The position numbers and the translations under genes were made by a program. The notes under the pieces were generated by a model. It did not search any database and was not told the origin of the DNA. It was given only the letters and a program-made list of their open reading frames with translations. Below, in pieces: positions 48,122 through 60,629 of a DNA stretch of 64,000 nt (positions within the stretch are counted from its first letter, which is position 1; each line of letters starts with the position of its first letter). Location: contig NC_092380.1 in assembly GCF_030028105.1 (NCBI RefSeq), positions 20,113,144 through 20,177,143 of the forward strand. Direction: 5' to 3'. The stretch comes from Mobula birostris (lineage: Eukaryota).

Positions 48122-48380
48122 AGCATAGTGGTTAGCACAACGCTTCACTGTGCAGGTGACCCGAGTTCAACTCCCGTCACTGCCTCGAAGGAGTTTGTGT
48201 GTTCTCCCCGTGACCTTGCGGATTTTCCTCCCACAGTCCAAGGACATTCCGGTTGATGGGCTAATTGGTCATTGTAAATTGTCCCATGATTAGGATAGGA
48301 TTAAAACAGGGGATTGCTGGGCAGCATGGCTGGAAGGGCCAAAACGGCCTATACTGCATGGTATCTCGATAAAATTAAAA
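48122..48380 (+). mobile_element. HE1/V-SINE-like element
   Basis: tagtggttagc...gagttcaactccc head plus V-domain. Confidence 0.85.
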
Positions 48381-48832
48381 ATAAGTATTTAAAAATCATA
48401 CTAATTGGGAATCGGTTGATTATTACCACATATACTGAGATACTGATTGTTCAATCGTAAGTATATTGAAGCAGTACAAAATGAAAAGAAACAGTGCAGA
48501 ATATAGTTGCACAGATACAGAGAACACGCAGTGTAGGCAGAGTACAGGACCATCATGAGGTAGAATAAGAGATAAGTTCATCTTTATCATACAAATGGTA
48601 GGTTCAATAGTCTGATTACAGCAGATTAGAAACTGTTTTGTCATACGTGCTTTCAGGCTTTTGTATCTTCTGCCTGATGGAAGACAGGAGAAGAGAGAAT
48701 GTCTAGGGTGGGAGGGGACTTTGATTATGTTTGCTGCTTTCCCGATATGGCGTGAAATGCAGACAGAGTCGATGAAGGGAAGGTTGGTTTTCACAGACAC
48801 AAAAGATTCTACAGATGCTGGAAACCTTGAGC

Positions 48833-49520
48833 CAGACATCCCACCCTGCAAAAACTCATTTCAGGGAGGTAACACCCCCGCCCCCCGCAACCCCACATCC
48901 CCACCATGCCGGTCGACCCCCAAGGGTGTATGTAATACTTTGTTTAGTGATTTTGTCTAATCTGTAAACCAAGCTGGGTATATGCAGAAAATATGACATC
49001 AAAATATGTACTTATATTATATTATATTATCATGTTTATTCTATTACAACTTTAAGCAAGTCTACAGGGAGTTTGGCCTCATCATGTAAGACATCAATAG
49101 CTCCTCAGCAGCTAGCCAGCTAGTTTAAATAATGTTAGCTCTGCTAATGAACGAATGACACCTGCTAAACTCACCTCAACATGTCTTTTACATTTTAACT
49201 CACCATGGGCAATAGAAATTTTCAGTCACTGTTGCAAACAGTGCAGCGAGCAACACTGTCATTATTTTGAGGTTGACTGTAAAGCTCGCCCACAGAGAAA
49301 ACTGATACGTCTACTTAGCACAGAAGAGAGACCAATCAGGATGCTCCCTCTCACTCTCCCTCTCCTTCTCCCGCTCCTGCGCTCCTGCTCACGCGCTCCC
49401 GAACCCTCTCGCTCTCAAAAAAATCGATTTCCGGGATATTGTATATAATTTCCGGTCATCAGGGAGTCGCTACCAATATGCGGGAGGCTCCCAGAATTTC
49501 CAGGAGAGGTGGGATGTCTG
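48833..49520. mobile_element. Non-autonomous DNA transposon, 13-bp TIR, apparent 6-bp TSD
   Basis: cagacatcccacc...ggtgggatgtctg, flanked by ttgagc (48827-48832 / 49521-49526). It interrupts a PLE terminal sequence. Confidence 0.85.
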
Positions 49521-49860
49521 TTGAGCAGCAAATGCAAAATGTTGGAGGAACTCAGCAAAGCAGGCAGCATCTACGGAGGGGAGGCAGGAGCAAGGAAAGT
49601 CCCAGTGTCTGAAGCACCGGGCCGAATTTGAAAGGTTGGGTTTGGGCTGAATTGTGGTGGGGGAGGTCCAGGCCCCAGGGCTGTCCAAGAGTGAAGAACG
49701 GCCCGATATTGGGACAATTTAAGCACTGGGCTGGGTTGAAAAGGTCAGGGTGTTGGGATGGGCCGTTTCTGCCTCGTTCTGCCCGCTGCTCGGCGAAGCT
49801 TACTCAGCTCTGCGCTGAACTGAGGCTGCGGCCTACTCTGACTACAGTGACGCCTGGCTT

Positions 49861-50992
49861 TAGAATATAGAACATAGAATAGCACAGCACAGTACAGGCC
49901 CTTCGGCCCACAATGTTGTGCCGACCCTCAAACCCTGCCTCCCATACAAGCCTCCACCTTAAATTCCTCCATATACCTGTCTAGTAGTCTCTTAAACTTC
50001 ACGAGTGTATCTGCCTCCACCACTGACTCAGGCAGTGCATTCCACACACCAACCACTCTCTGAGTAAAAACCTTCCTCTAGTATCCCCCTTGAACTTCCC
50101 ACCCCTTACCTTAAAGCCATGTCCTCTTGTATTGAGCAGTGGTGCCCTGGGGAAGAGGTGCTGGCTATCCACTCTATCAATTCCTCTTATTATTTTGTAC
50201 ACCTCTATCATGTCTCCTCTCATCCTCCTTCTCTCCAAAGAGTAAAGCCCAAGCTCCCTTAATCTCTGATCATAATGCATACTCTCTAAACCAGGCAGCA
50301 TCCTGGTAAATCTCCTCTGTACCCTTTCCAATGCTTCCACATCCTTCCTATAGTGAGGCGACCAGAACTGGACACAATACTCCAAGTGTGGCCTAACCAG
50401 AGTTTTATAGAGCTGCATCATTACATCACGACTCTTAAACTCTATCCCTCGACTTATGAAAGCTAACACCCCATAAGCTTTCTTAACTACCCTATCCACC
50501 TGTGAGGCAACTTTCATGGATCTGTGGACATGTACCCCGAGATCCCTCTGCTCCTCCACACTACCAAGTATCCTGCCATTTACTTTGTACTCTGCCTTGG
50601 AGTTTGTCCTTCCAAAGTGTACCACGTCACTCTTCTCCAGGTTGAACTCCATCTGCCACTTCTCAGCCCACTTCTGCATCCTATCAATGTCTCTCTGCAA
50701 TCTTTGACAATCTTGTACACTATCTACAACACCACCAACCTTTGTGTCATCTGCAAACTTGCCAACCCACCCTTCCAACCCCACATCCAGGTTGTTAATA
50801 AAAATCACGAAAAGTAGAGGTCCCAGAACAGATCCTTGTGGGACACCACTAGTCACAATCCTCCAATCTGAATGTACTTCCTCCACCATGACCCTCAGCC
50901 TTCTGCAGGCAAGCCAATTCTGAATCCACCTGGCCAAACTTCCCTGGATCCCATGCCTTCTGACTTTCTGAATAAGTCTACCCTGTGGAAAC
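49861..50992 (-). mobile_element. CR1 LINE 3' fragment with uninterrupted RT reading frame
   Basis: 338-aa ORF 49999-51015 with [17 protein letters not shown] and HLEYCVQFWSPH, followed by the CR1 3' UTR tail. Confidence 0.95.
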
Positions 50993-52046
50993 TTGCGTCT
51001 GCGGTCCTGTGACATTCCCTCAGCCCTATGATGAACTGAGGCTGCGGCCTATTCTGACTACAGTGATGTCTGGCTTTGCATTTGCGGTCCCGTGACATTC
51101 CCTTGGCCCTATGATGAATTGGGATGTGGCCTACTCCAACTGCAGTGATGCCTGGCTTCACATCCTTTGTAAAACTCCAGCTCTGAATGCTTTCTGCTTA
51201 CTTTTATTGTTTGCACGATTTGTTTATATCTCTCTCTCTCTGCACATGGGATGTTTTGATTTTTTTTTAATGGGTTCCTTTAGAGTTTGTTTTTTGGCCG
51301 CCTGTAAGGAGAGGAATACTTTGATAATAAATGTACTTTGAACTTTGAAAAGTTTTGGTTTTCATGTTTGACTGGGCTATGTAAACAATGAGAAACTGCA
51401 GAGCTCTGAGACGCAGAGTGTGTGAAAGGGTCTGATTCACAAAAGGCTGTTGGATAGATACAGCCAGCAATTAGGCAGACTAACAGAGTGCTCTGCTTAT
51501 TGGGAGAGGAGCTGAACATTTGAATAGGGAGGTTACGCTCCAGTTAATCAGGATGCTGGCGAGAGCACATCCAGATGAGAATTTTCAGCGCTACTTTCCT
51601 TACTTAAAGATGTAAACGTTAGAAGAAATTCAGAGTGTATTTAGCACATTGTGGCTGGAATTGTTTTGAAGTAAGATTGGACAGGCAGGGCATGTAATTA
51701 TCACTGATCTTGATAGTGAATGCAGAGAAGATGTTTCTGGGAGAATCTAGAGCTAGGTTAAGAAAGATTTTGTGATTTCCACCCCCCCACCCACACCACC
51801 CTGAACTGGTCATGAGTACATCAAACTTTTTTTTGTTTGTGAAGAGTGCTGGACATGGAATCTTTAAATATTCTTAAGTCAGAGTTAAATACATTTTGAT
51901 AAACATAGGTCACCATGGATCGATGGGAACACAGAGGTGTCACGGTTGGATCAGCTATGGTCTCGCTGAATGTAGAGCAAGCTTAAGAGACCAGGTAGCC
52001 TACTGTTCCTAATTCCCATGCTTGTATGTTTAAACCCTAACCACAA

Positions 52047-52146
52047 GTGACTGTGTTATCTCGCACAGTGCTGAGTCATAGGGTGACTGTTCCATGGCAC
52101 AGTGCTGAGTCATAGGTGAGTGTTCCCTGATACAGTGCCGACTCAT
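52047..52146. repeat. ~33-34 bp tandem repeat (x3) carrying TGCTGAGTCAT (MARE/ARE, AP-1) motifs
   Basis: gcacagtgctgagtcatagg occurs at ~52063 and ~52097, with a degenerate third unit at ~52130. Confidence 0.8.
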
Positions 52147-52624
52147 AAAGTCCAGGGAACTTCCAAGCCTATGTTTAGTTAACTGCCTGACCTCCGGAGT
52201 ACTTCAACATTTTCCCTTTTCTGTGCATGACACCTTGATGTATTCCCCTACTCCTGTGATTTATCACTATGCATTTGGCAACCAACTCATATTCTTATAA
52301 ATGCATTTTAATGGAAATTGTTTAGTCAAGGGAGACAAAATATTACATAATAATTATGCTATAGAACCACACTCTTCAAGCCCAACTGGTTAAGATTCTG
52401 CTGTTTGCAGGACAGGTAGGAGGTACTAGAGTGGACTCCCCTCTATGAAATTAATCAGTCAGGCATCAAACTAAATCAAAGTACGAAAGACTTCCAAACT
52501 TCAGCCAATCAAGTGATCTATGTGTCCAATTATTTCTCTCACATTCACCTTTCTTCCTTTGAATGCTATTCATCTCATTTATTGTATGTGGATTCCAGAT
52601 TCCAACCTCTCTCAGAGTAAAAGG

Positions 52625-54057
52625 TTTCTACAAATGTACTGTGGAGAGCATTCTGACTGGCTGCATCACCATCCGGTATGGAGGGGGCGGGGGGCACAGG
52701 ATCGAAGTAAGCTGCAGAGAGTTGTAAGCTTAGTCAGCTCTGTCATGAGTATCTGTAGTATCCAGGATCTTCAAGGAGCAATGCCTCAAAAAGATGGCAT
52801 CCATCACTAAGGACCCTTATCACCCAGGTCACGCCTTGTTCTCCTTGCTACCACCAGAAAGTGTGAAGGCATACATTCAATGATTCAGGGACAGCTTCTT
52901 CCCCTGTCATCCAATTTCTGAATGGACATGAACTCGACCTCCCTGCTTTTTTATTTCTATTTTTGCACTACTTACTTAATTTAACCGTTTAATATACATA
53001 AACACATAAACACACTTACCATAACTCAGTTTTTTCCTCTATTATTATGTATTGCATTACACTGCTATTGCAAAGTCAACAAATTTCATGACACATGCTG
53101 GTGACATTAAACCAATTCTGGAAGCATTTAAATTCTCTGTTGGAGTTATAAATAATTTTCATATAGCTACAATCCTCTGTTTTTACTTTAAAGAAAAAGT
53201 CTTTTTTGTTCTAATTATGTTTTTTTGTAAAAAATTGTATTACTTTATGTTTAATTTATGCTTATCCTGAGAATGCTACATTTCTGATGCTATGTTCCTG
53301 TGATGTTGCTGCAAGGTCTTCATTACACTTGTCTATACATGCACTTATCTAAACTTGACTTTTAACTTTATTATGTAACAGAAGTATGAGCAAGATATTT
53401 AGATTAGTAAAATTTAATAATAGCTAATGAGGAATCTTCAAATATTGGAATCCTGAATTATAAACGAAAAAGACTGGAAATGAAAAGTAGCTGTTTCTTT
53501 AGCAAAGGAGTGATTGGACACACTGACTACCCAGGACCAGAGTGAACTGGAAGAGTAGTGTTCTGATTGATAGGACACATTGACTACCCAGGACTACCCA
53601 GAGTCAGCATCTGAGAAATGGCCCTTCCTAACACCATCACTCAAGTGATTTGGGAATCCCAATTTGGTTTTGGCTGGTCTTTATCTTTCAGAATTAGAAT
53701 CAGGTTTAATATCACCAGCATACATTGTGAAACTTGCTCTCTTTGTGTGCAATGTAATACATGACAAATACAAGAAAAAAAACTGAATTACTGCACGATG
53801 TTTGTACATATATTAAATAGTTAAGTTAAAATGGATAGTGCATACACAAATAAAAAAAGTGAGGTCGTGTTCATGGGTTCATTGGCCATTCAGAAATCGG
53901 ATGGCAGAGGGGAAAAAGCTGTTCCTGAATCACTGACTGTGCCTTCAGGCTTCTGCACCTCCTTCCTGATGGTAACAATGAGCAGAGGGCATGTCCTGGG
54001 TGGTGGGGGTCCTTAATGATGGACGCCACCTTCCTGAGGCACCATTCCTTGAAGATA
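52625..54057. mobile_element. Two Rex1/Babar-like 3' fragments in opposite orientation (plus ~52625-53115, minus ~53695-54057)
   Basis: KLQRVVSLVSSVM on plus and KVASIIKDPHHPGHALCSLLPSGRR on minus. Confidence 0.75.
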
Positions 54058-54385
54058 ATAAGAACATAAGAAGTATGAGCAGGAGTAGGCCATCCGGCCC
54101 ATCCAGCCTGCCCTGCCATTCAATAAGATCATGGCTGATCTGTCCATAAACTCAGCTCCATCTACCTGCCTTTTCCCCATAACCTTTAATTCCCTTACTA
54201 CGTAAAAAAATTATATAGCTGTTTCTTAAATATATTTAGTGAGGAAGCCTCAACTGCTTCCCTGGGCAGAGAATTCCACAGATTCACCTCATCTCCGTCC
54301 TAATTCTTCTCCCCTGAATCTTGAGGCAATGTCCCCTAGTTCTAGTCTCACCTACCAATGGAAACAGCTTTCCTACTTCTATCTT

Positions 54386-54597
54386 GTCCCGCTTGGTGGC
54401 GCAATAAAATCAGCACCGGACTCCGGAGCGAAGGTTCCCGAGATCGAATCCAAGTCGGATTGAGTGTCGAGCTAGCAACTCGACCTCGCAACTCGACCTC
54501 GTAAAAACAAGAATAGCTTGCTACAGAAATACCGTCAAAAAGACGGTGCCCCAATAACTCCACTGCCGAGTTAAGAGCTATTCTTCTTCTTCTCCTC
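54386..54597 (+). mobile_element. Young tRNA-derived SINE inserted in CR1
   Basis: A box tggtggcgcaat, B box gagatcgaatcc, (ttc)n tail, 7-bp TSD ctatctt (54379-54385 / 54598-54604). Confidence 0.8.
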
Positions 54598-55391
54598 CTA
54601 TCTTATCTATCCTTTCCAAAATTTTGTATGTTTCTATAAGATCCCCTCTCATTCTTCTGAACTCCAGAGAGTATAGTCCCAGGCAACCCAAACTCTCCTC
54701 ATAGGTTAACCCCTTTTTGATGTTTTGGATACTATCAAGGCTGGTACTCATGATGAAGCTGACTAATTTTACAAGTTTCTGCAACTTACTTCGATCCTGT
54801 GCAGCAGCCTCATCCCATTGTACATTCTCAGTACTGTCCGCTTCCTTCCTAACTAACATCATTGATTTTTGTAACCTCAGCATTGTTCCATGACTGACTG
54901 TTTGTCTCCCTACCCACCACCTTGCCTACAAAACTGACATGACTCTCAACCACCCTTTCCCTTATTAATCTCAGACAGGCCTTGTTTTGTTTGCCTAAGT
55001 TTACAATTTAGCTTATTTGACTTCCAGTCCCAATCAGCACACTACCTGTGTTAATTTTTGAAAAAGACATTTCATTCCTGAACTCTTTGTGCTAATGCTT
55101 CAAACAATGAGAATTGAGTGCAATTAGTCTCCCGACCTTTCCTGAGAATTCTGGAGTTTTCTCCATTTTTCAATATCAGTCATTTCCCTTTTGTACTTAA
55201 CAATTGAATTTGGTCCCATTCCACTAAAGTTGCAGGCCAAAACAACTCACCGCACAACATAACTGCCTCAGGGCCTTTCCTCTATCTGATACATGTTGTG
55301 TCATATTGGAAATGTAAATGCATTCTATGTTACTGTTTGACAAACTTATTGACAGATCAGTCAGCAAAAGGGAATTTCAACCATTTAACAT

Positions 55392-55906
55392 ACACTTTGT
55401 TAGGTATATCTGTACACCTACTCGTTCATGCAACTCAGTGCATAAAAAGCACGCAGACCTGGTCAAGAGTTTCAGTTGTTACCCAGACCAAACATCAGAA
55501 TGGGGAAGAAATTTGATCTAAGTGACTTTGATTGTGGAATAGTTGTTGGCACCAGATCGGGGTGGTTTGAGTATCTTAGAAACTGCTGATCTCCGAAGAC
55601 TTTCATGCACAACAGTCTCTAGACTCAGAGGATAGAGTACAAAAAAAACAAAACAGCGTCAAGTGAGTGGCAGTTCTGTAGATGAAAGTGCCTTGTTAAT
55701 GAGAGAGGTCAGAAGAGAATGGCCAGACTAGTTCAAGCTGATAGGAAGGTGACATGTTACAACAGTGATGTGCATAAGACCACCTCTGATAGCACAACCC
55801 ATTAACCCTCGAAGTGGGTGGGCTACAGCAGCAGAAGACCATGAACATACACCCTGTGGCCACTTTATCAGGTTGAAGAGGTGCCTAATAAAAGTGTCCA
55901 CTGAGT
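55392..55906 (+). mobile_element. Internally deleted Tc1-like transposon
   Basis: MGKKFDLSDFDCGIVVGTRSGGLSILETADL (Tc1 transposase N-terminus) and right TIR ...aataaaagtgtccactgagta. A second fragment lies at ~59555-59825 (minus). Confidence 0.8.
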
Positions 55907-57539
55907 ATAAACTGAAAAGGGTGGACCACTTCGGACTGAGATGAGGAAGAACCTCTTCACGTTGAGATTGGTGAATCTTTGAAGTTTACTTGCTCAGGAG
56001 GCTGTGGGAGCTCAGTCACTGAGTTCATTCCAAACGGAGGTGAATAAATTTCTGTACATTAAGGGATTGAAGGGATATGGGCGTAGTGCAGGAAAATGGT
56101 GCTGAGATGGAGGATCAGCCATGTTTTTAATTAATTGCAGAGCAGACTCAAAAAGCTAGACGGTCTCCTTCAGCTCTATTTCCTTATGACCTTTCCGTCC
56201 ATTTGTCTTTTATTTCCTCACACAATTATAGGATGGTTACAGCACAAGACACCGAGTCGAGGCTGGTTCTTTGTGGAAGCAATCTCATTTGTTCCCCAAC
56301 TCTCTCCCTATAACTTTCCAGATTCAATCCTTCCAGACATTATTCAGCTCCTATTTGAAAACACAGTCCATCTCCTGTGCAGTTCTCCCAAGACCCTAGA
56401 CATTCACTGTGTGATGAAGGCTTCTCCTTATGCAGGTTTTGGTCCTTTTCTATTCACTCTCATTCCATGTCCCACTGATTTTCAATATTGCTGCCAATTT
56501 CTTCCTTACTTCTCTATCTATACCCTCTGTGGTTTTAAATAAGATCTCTTTGCCTCTAGTCCAAAGAGAACAATCCCATTTCCACTATCTATTCACACAT
56601 TTAGACTCATTTTGGCGTACCTTGAGGTTCATGTTGCACATGTTCCTGGATTCTGGTCTCCCTTTCTTTTTGCTGTATTTGAGCAGCTTGAGAATCATGT
56701 ATACCACCTCAGCATCATCCTCTCCGCGACTTCATCAAAAATTCTCATCGTTAGCTTGAGGTATTGGCATTGCAGGCTGGGCTGATATCTCATCCCTTGT
56801 TCAGTCATTTCAAGAGGTAAATATTCAACCACACGTCTGTGTGTCTGAGTTACAAGAAACCAGACCATCTAAAGACCAACTTCGGTCCTTACCAAACATT
56901 ACTGAACTTATTGGCTTTTTAAACAGCACTTCATAGTTTTGTCTCAAGATAAATATTCTCAGACACTCATCCACAACTGAACTATGCATTCTGTTGATAC
57001 CTGTGTTCAACTCAAGCAAATCTTTGCAGATTTTTAAATTTAGAGATACAGTGTGGAATACGCCCAGCAATTGCCTAGCCAAACCATGGGACAATTTACA
57101 ATGACCAATTAGCTTACCAGCTGGTAGGTCTTTGGACTGTGGGAGGAAACCAGAGAAAACCCACCCCATCACAGGGAGAACTAACAAACTCCTTACAGAC
57201 AGCAGCATGTTGCTGAATGTAAAGAGTCATGCTAACCACTACACTACCTTGCCATCCAGATGTCTTTCTATAAAATTATCAACCCAAGTGCAAAATTTCA
57301 AGGAATGGCTGACATATAGCCAAGGAAACAATGGGTTCAGAAGAAGGGAATCACTTGTCCCCACAACCTCTACAATCGCTATATCGGGACAGTCCTGCCT
57401 CATCAATATCGCATAGTACCAGATAAATGACTCAGCTGATCAACTAATAAATTGTAAATTAAAAGCGAGGAAATGTTAAAGACCTTCACACACTGAAAAT
57501 ATAAGCAGCCCTTGTACAAAGTGTATAGGTGATGCTTCT

Positions 57540-58420
57540 GAGGGTTTAGCGGCGCGCAGTGGAGCGCTGTACAACCAGGTACAGTTCCCTCTCCGCGGCT
57601 TGTCACTTGTGCAATTGAATGCTTCAAGGTCCCTGAGCAAAGGACGCTAACCATTCTAGGTGAAGGAAGGAGGTTCCGCGCTACCAGCCCTGGTGTCAGC
57701 GGGGACTCCAACCAGCCGGTCGTCGTCCATCTTTGCGTTGAGACCCCGGCTCCCGTGCAGTCGGGCCATGCAACGAACTCGGAAATGTTTCTCTTCACTC
57801 GCCTCCCCCTCCATTTTACTTCAGCCTTCGGGTAAACCGCGGGGATTTAAAATTCCCGTCCGTAGCCAATACTCACAGCAAATCAGACCGTGCATACATA
57901 CCTTACTGCTCGCCTGACCCCCGGATCCATCGGCGCGGACGACGTCCAGTACGATTTCAGTGCAGAATCACAATTATTTTTAAGTTAGACTTCTGAATCA
58001 GATGGAAAAGAAAAGGATTATATGTTTATATCTTTGTACTTGGATCGTCAGTTTCACTCTTGGGTCTGACGACCGAAACTGATCCTCCTGGAGTGAAATT
58101 GCCAATCGAAAGTATTGAGAAATTTTCAAAACTTTCTTCAGGCGGAACACTGGAAGAAACACAGGCACGGCCGCAAAACTTCCGACACGTACTTCGGATT
58201 TTTTTTCATTTCTTCTTTTCCTGCGGCCGCTCGCTCGGCTGCAACGGCCAACTCCCCGCCGCGGGTCCACCGAGCCAAATGCGCGCCTGTCTTCCCTGGG
58301 GGGAAAGGCGCCACGTGAGGAGGAGGAGGAGGAGGTGGAGGAAGATGCCAACAGCGTGACATTTAAAACTGGATGATAATGAGAGATAATATCTCACCTG
58401 TCTTCCGGGTAAGAATACAA
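57540..58420 (-). promoter_or_regulatory. CpG-rich promoter / first-exon region of the B7 gene
   Basis: Visibly CpG-dense compared with the rest of the window. Contains TATAAAC (58030-58024, minus), ISRE-like AGTTTCACTCT (58050-58060), GC box (~58254-58260) and CACGTG (58312-58317). Confidence 0.65.
57902..57930 (-). CDS. First coding exon 1A MDPGVRRAV(R)
   Basis: ATG in CpG-rich context (gcgccgATGG), 29 nt, donor AG|GTATGT in phase 2, in frame with the signal exon. The MDP start resembles CD86 exon 1 (MDPQC). Confidence 0.75.
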
Positions 58421-59156
58421 AATACCGCAGGACGGCCAAACCCCTGGATGGTGTGTCAGAGGATTCACCTTTCAAAAAGAACAGAGTGGGAGAGGAGAAC
58501 TGGCACGGAGAAGTCTCGCTTCAGCTACCCTTCAAACTCGCTAGACTTAGATCAAACCAATCAGTTAAGCGTAAAATCTACTTTCGACAACGTCAAAATG
58601 AAAATGTATAAAACAATTTTTTAAAAATTCATTGCTTGCAACGGACAAGTTTTTCTGGGCTCTGGGTATCTCTGCCACACAAGGTGGAGAACCAAAATTT
58701 GGAGTGGTATTGGGAACTGGGAGCGCAGCGTTAGCAGAAGCGAGTGTACTAGTTCATAAAGACTGTCGCCCTCTCGCCCTGTGTTTCGCGTCTTGGATTC
58801 ATCACTCACCTGACAGCCCAGGGATCCAAGACAAGTTGGCAAACTGAACTAAGTTGGGCTGGTGGAGGGTTGTTTTTGTGATTGGAAATCTGGGAGCTAC
58901 ACAGGACTTTGTCAAACAATGTCCCTGTAAATGTGGGAGAGACACTGAAGGGCCACTTTATTACGAACCTCCTGTGGCCACTGAAGGCACGTTCGTGGTC
59001 TTCTGCAGCTGGAGCCCATCCACTGCAAGTTCTGAAGTGCTGTGCATTCAGAGATGCTCTTCTGCACAGCACTCTTGTAACGTGTGGGTTTTTTTTTGAG
59101 TTGCTGTCGCCTTCCTGTCAGCTTGAACCAGTCTGACTATTCCCATCTGACTGTTC

Positions 59157-59475
59157 TCATTATTATTATTAAGGCATCCGTTAGTCTTGCGAGACCATGG
59201 ATCTGCGCCTAGAAAGTCTTCACTCTCCAGGGCGCAGGCCTGGGCAAGGTTTTTACGGAAGACCGGCAGTTGCCCATGCTGCAAGTCTCCCCTCTCCACG
59301 ACACCAATGTTGTCCAAGGGAATGGCATTAGGACCCATACAGCTTGGCACCAGCGTCGTCGCAGAGCAATGTGTGATTAAGTGCCTTGCTCAAGGACACC
59401 ACACGTTCCCTCGGCTGGGGCTCGAACTCACGACCTTCAGATCGCTAGTCCAATGCCTTAACCACTTGGTCATGT
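59157..59475 (-). mobile_element. tRNA-derived SINE with RTE-type tail and (taa)n end
   Basis: Minus head accaagtggttaaggcattggac...gagttcgagcccc (A/B boxes). A headless sibling is at 43276-43522. Confidence 0.85.
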
Positions 59476-60629
59476 GTTCACACGTGCTCTCATTAACAAA
59501 GCATTCTTGCCCACAGAACTGCTGTTCACTGGATTTCCCTTTCTGTTTTTCCCCACAAACTGTAAATTCTACAGACTGCGGTGCATGTAAATCCCAGGAG
59601 ATCCCGGGATTTCAGAAATACTCAAACCACCTCATCTGGCACCGCCAATCATTCCACCCACGGTCAAAGTCACTTGGACTAAAGTTCTTCCTCATTTTAA
59701 TGTTTGGTCTGAGCAACAACTGAACCTCTTGACCATGTCTGTGTGTTTTATGCATTGAGTTGCTGCCACATGATTGGCTGATTAGATATTTGCATTAACG
59801 AGCAGGTGTACTGGTGGAAGCTGCGTGGATAATTAGTAAGTTTGCAGATGAGGCTGGGAGGGGCAGCCAAAAAGAGGCATGATCTTCTCAGGTTCTGCCT
59901 CGCGACTGCAGAATTTGGAAACAAAGCACTCAAGGACACCTGATCTGTTGATGGAAGTGTGCGTACTGCAATTTATATGTTCTGGAGACTGCAGGAATAC
60001 ATGTACATTTTTGTTGGGTATCAGCACAAGTGGGTGTATCAGGTAATGAAAGGGCAGCTCTTATGGCAAAGAAGCACTTACTAAGACAGAAGTAGACATT
60101 ATAGACAATATAGGAAAGTCAAATTTTGTATTAGGTTGGCAGGGATTAGAAAATGGCAGAATTTGTGGGAGAGGAGTGAGACAGGGAGGTAGTATTATAA
60201 TTTGGTTCCATCAGATCAGGGGAGGCACCTTTTGGGAAGGAATAGGAGGGAGGATGTGTGGTTGGCAAAATTGAGGTTAGGATACACAGGGTTTGCACTC
60301 TACTTTGGCACTTGTTGGTAAACATGGGAACGGGAGGTGTGACTTTTGTAAGGTACTGGAGACAGTGGAACACATGATCATGGTGTGCCACAGATAGTAA
60401 TTGGAATGTAGGAAGGTGCTTAGGTAATTATTGGGTAGATCTGGGGTGCCTAGGTTGCAGGATATTCTGGCACCTGCAGCAGGGATGGTTACGACATGTA
60501 GGGCCCTGGTGAACTTTTTAATTAAAACGGGTTTGGGAGGCAGGATCTGATCCCCGTGACGGCTCCTGTCATACTCCATTACAGTAGGTGGCAGTAATGA
60601 AACTCCATGATCTGTGTGAGCCGCGATTA

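Larger units (their letters stand above)
749..57930 (-). other. Multi-exon gene model: B7-family costimulatory ligand (ICOS-ligand-like / CD80-86-like), signal-IgV-IgC-TM-short tail, about 311 aa
   Basis: Six exons join in frame with canonical GT-AG sites (29+62+345+288+147+65 = 936 nt). Junction codons are AG|G, G|AA, G|CC, G|AA, G|CA. Domain order and the phase 2,1,1,1,1 intron pattern match B7-family genes such as CD86 and ICOSLG. Confidence 0.88.

Noticed and set aside
49999-51015. Host reverse-transcriptase gene or domesticated RT
   Set aside because: Ordinary 5'-truncated CR1 with its 3' UTR tail, inserted mid-repeat, with no splice or promoter evidence.
57998-58475. Poly-Ser, poly-Pro and poly-Arg ORFs in the CpG region
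   Set aside because: All derive from the (GGA)n repeat and GC-rich promoter DNA in several frames, with no domain signal.
59415-59475. tRNA gene
   Set aside because: tRNA-like A/B boxes are the head of a SINE followed by body and RTE-type tail, with no complete cloverleaf.
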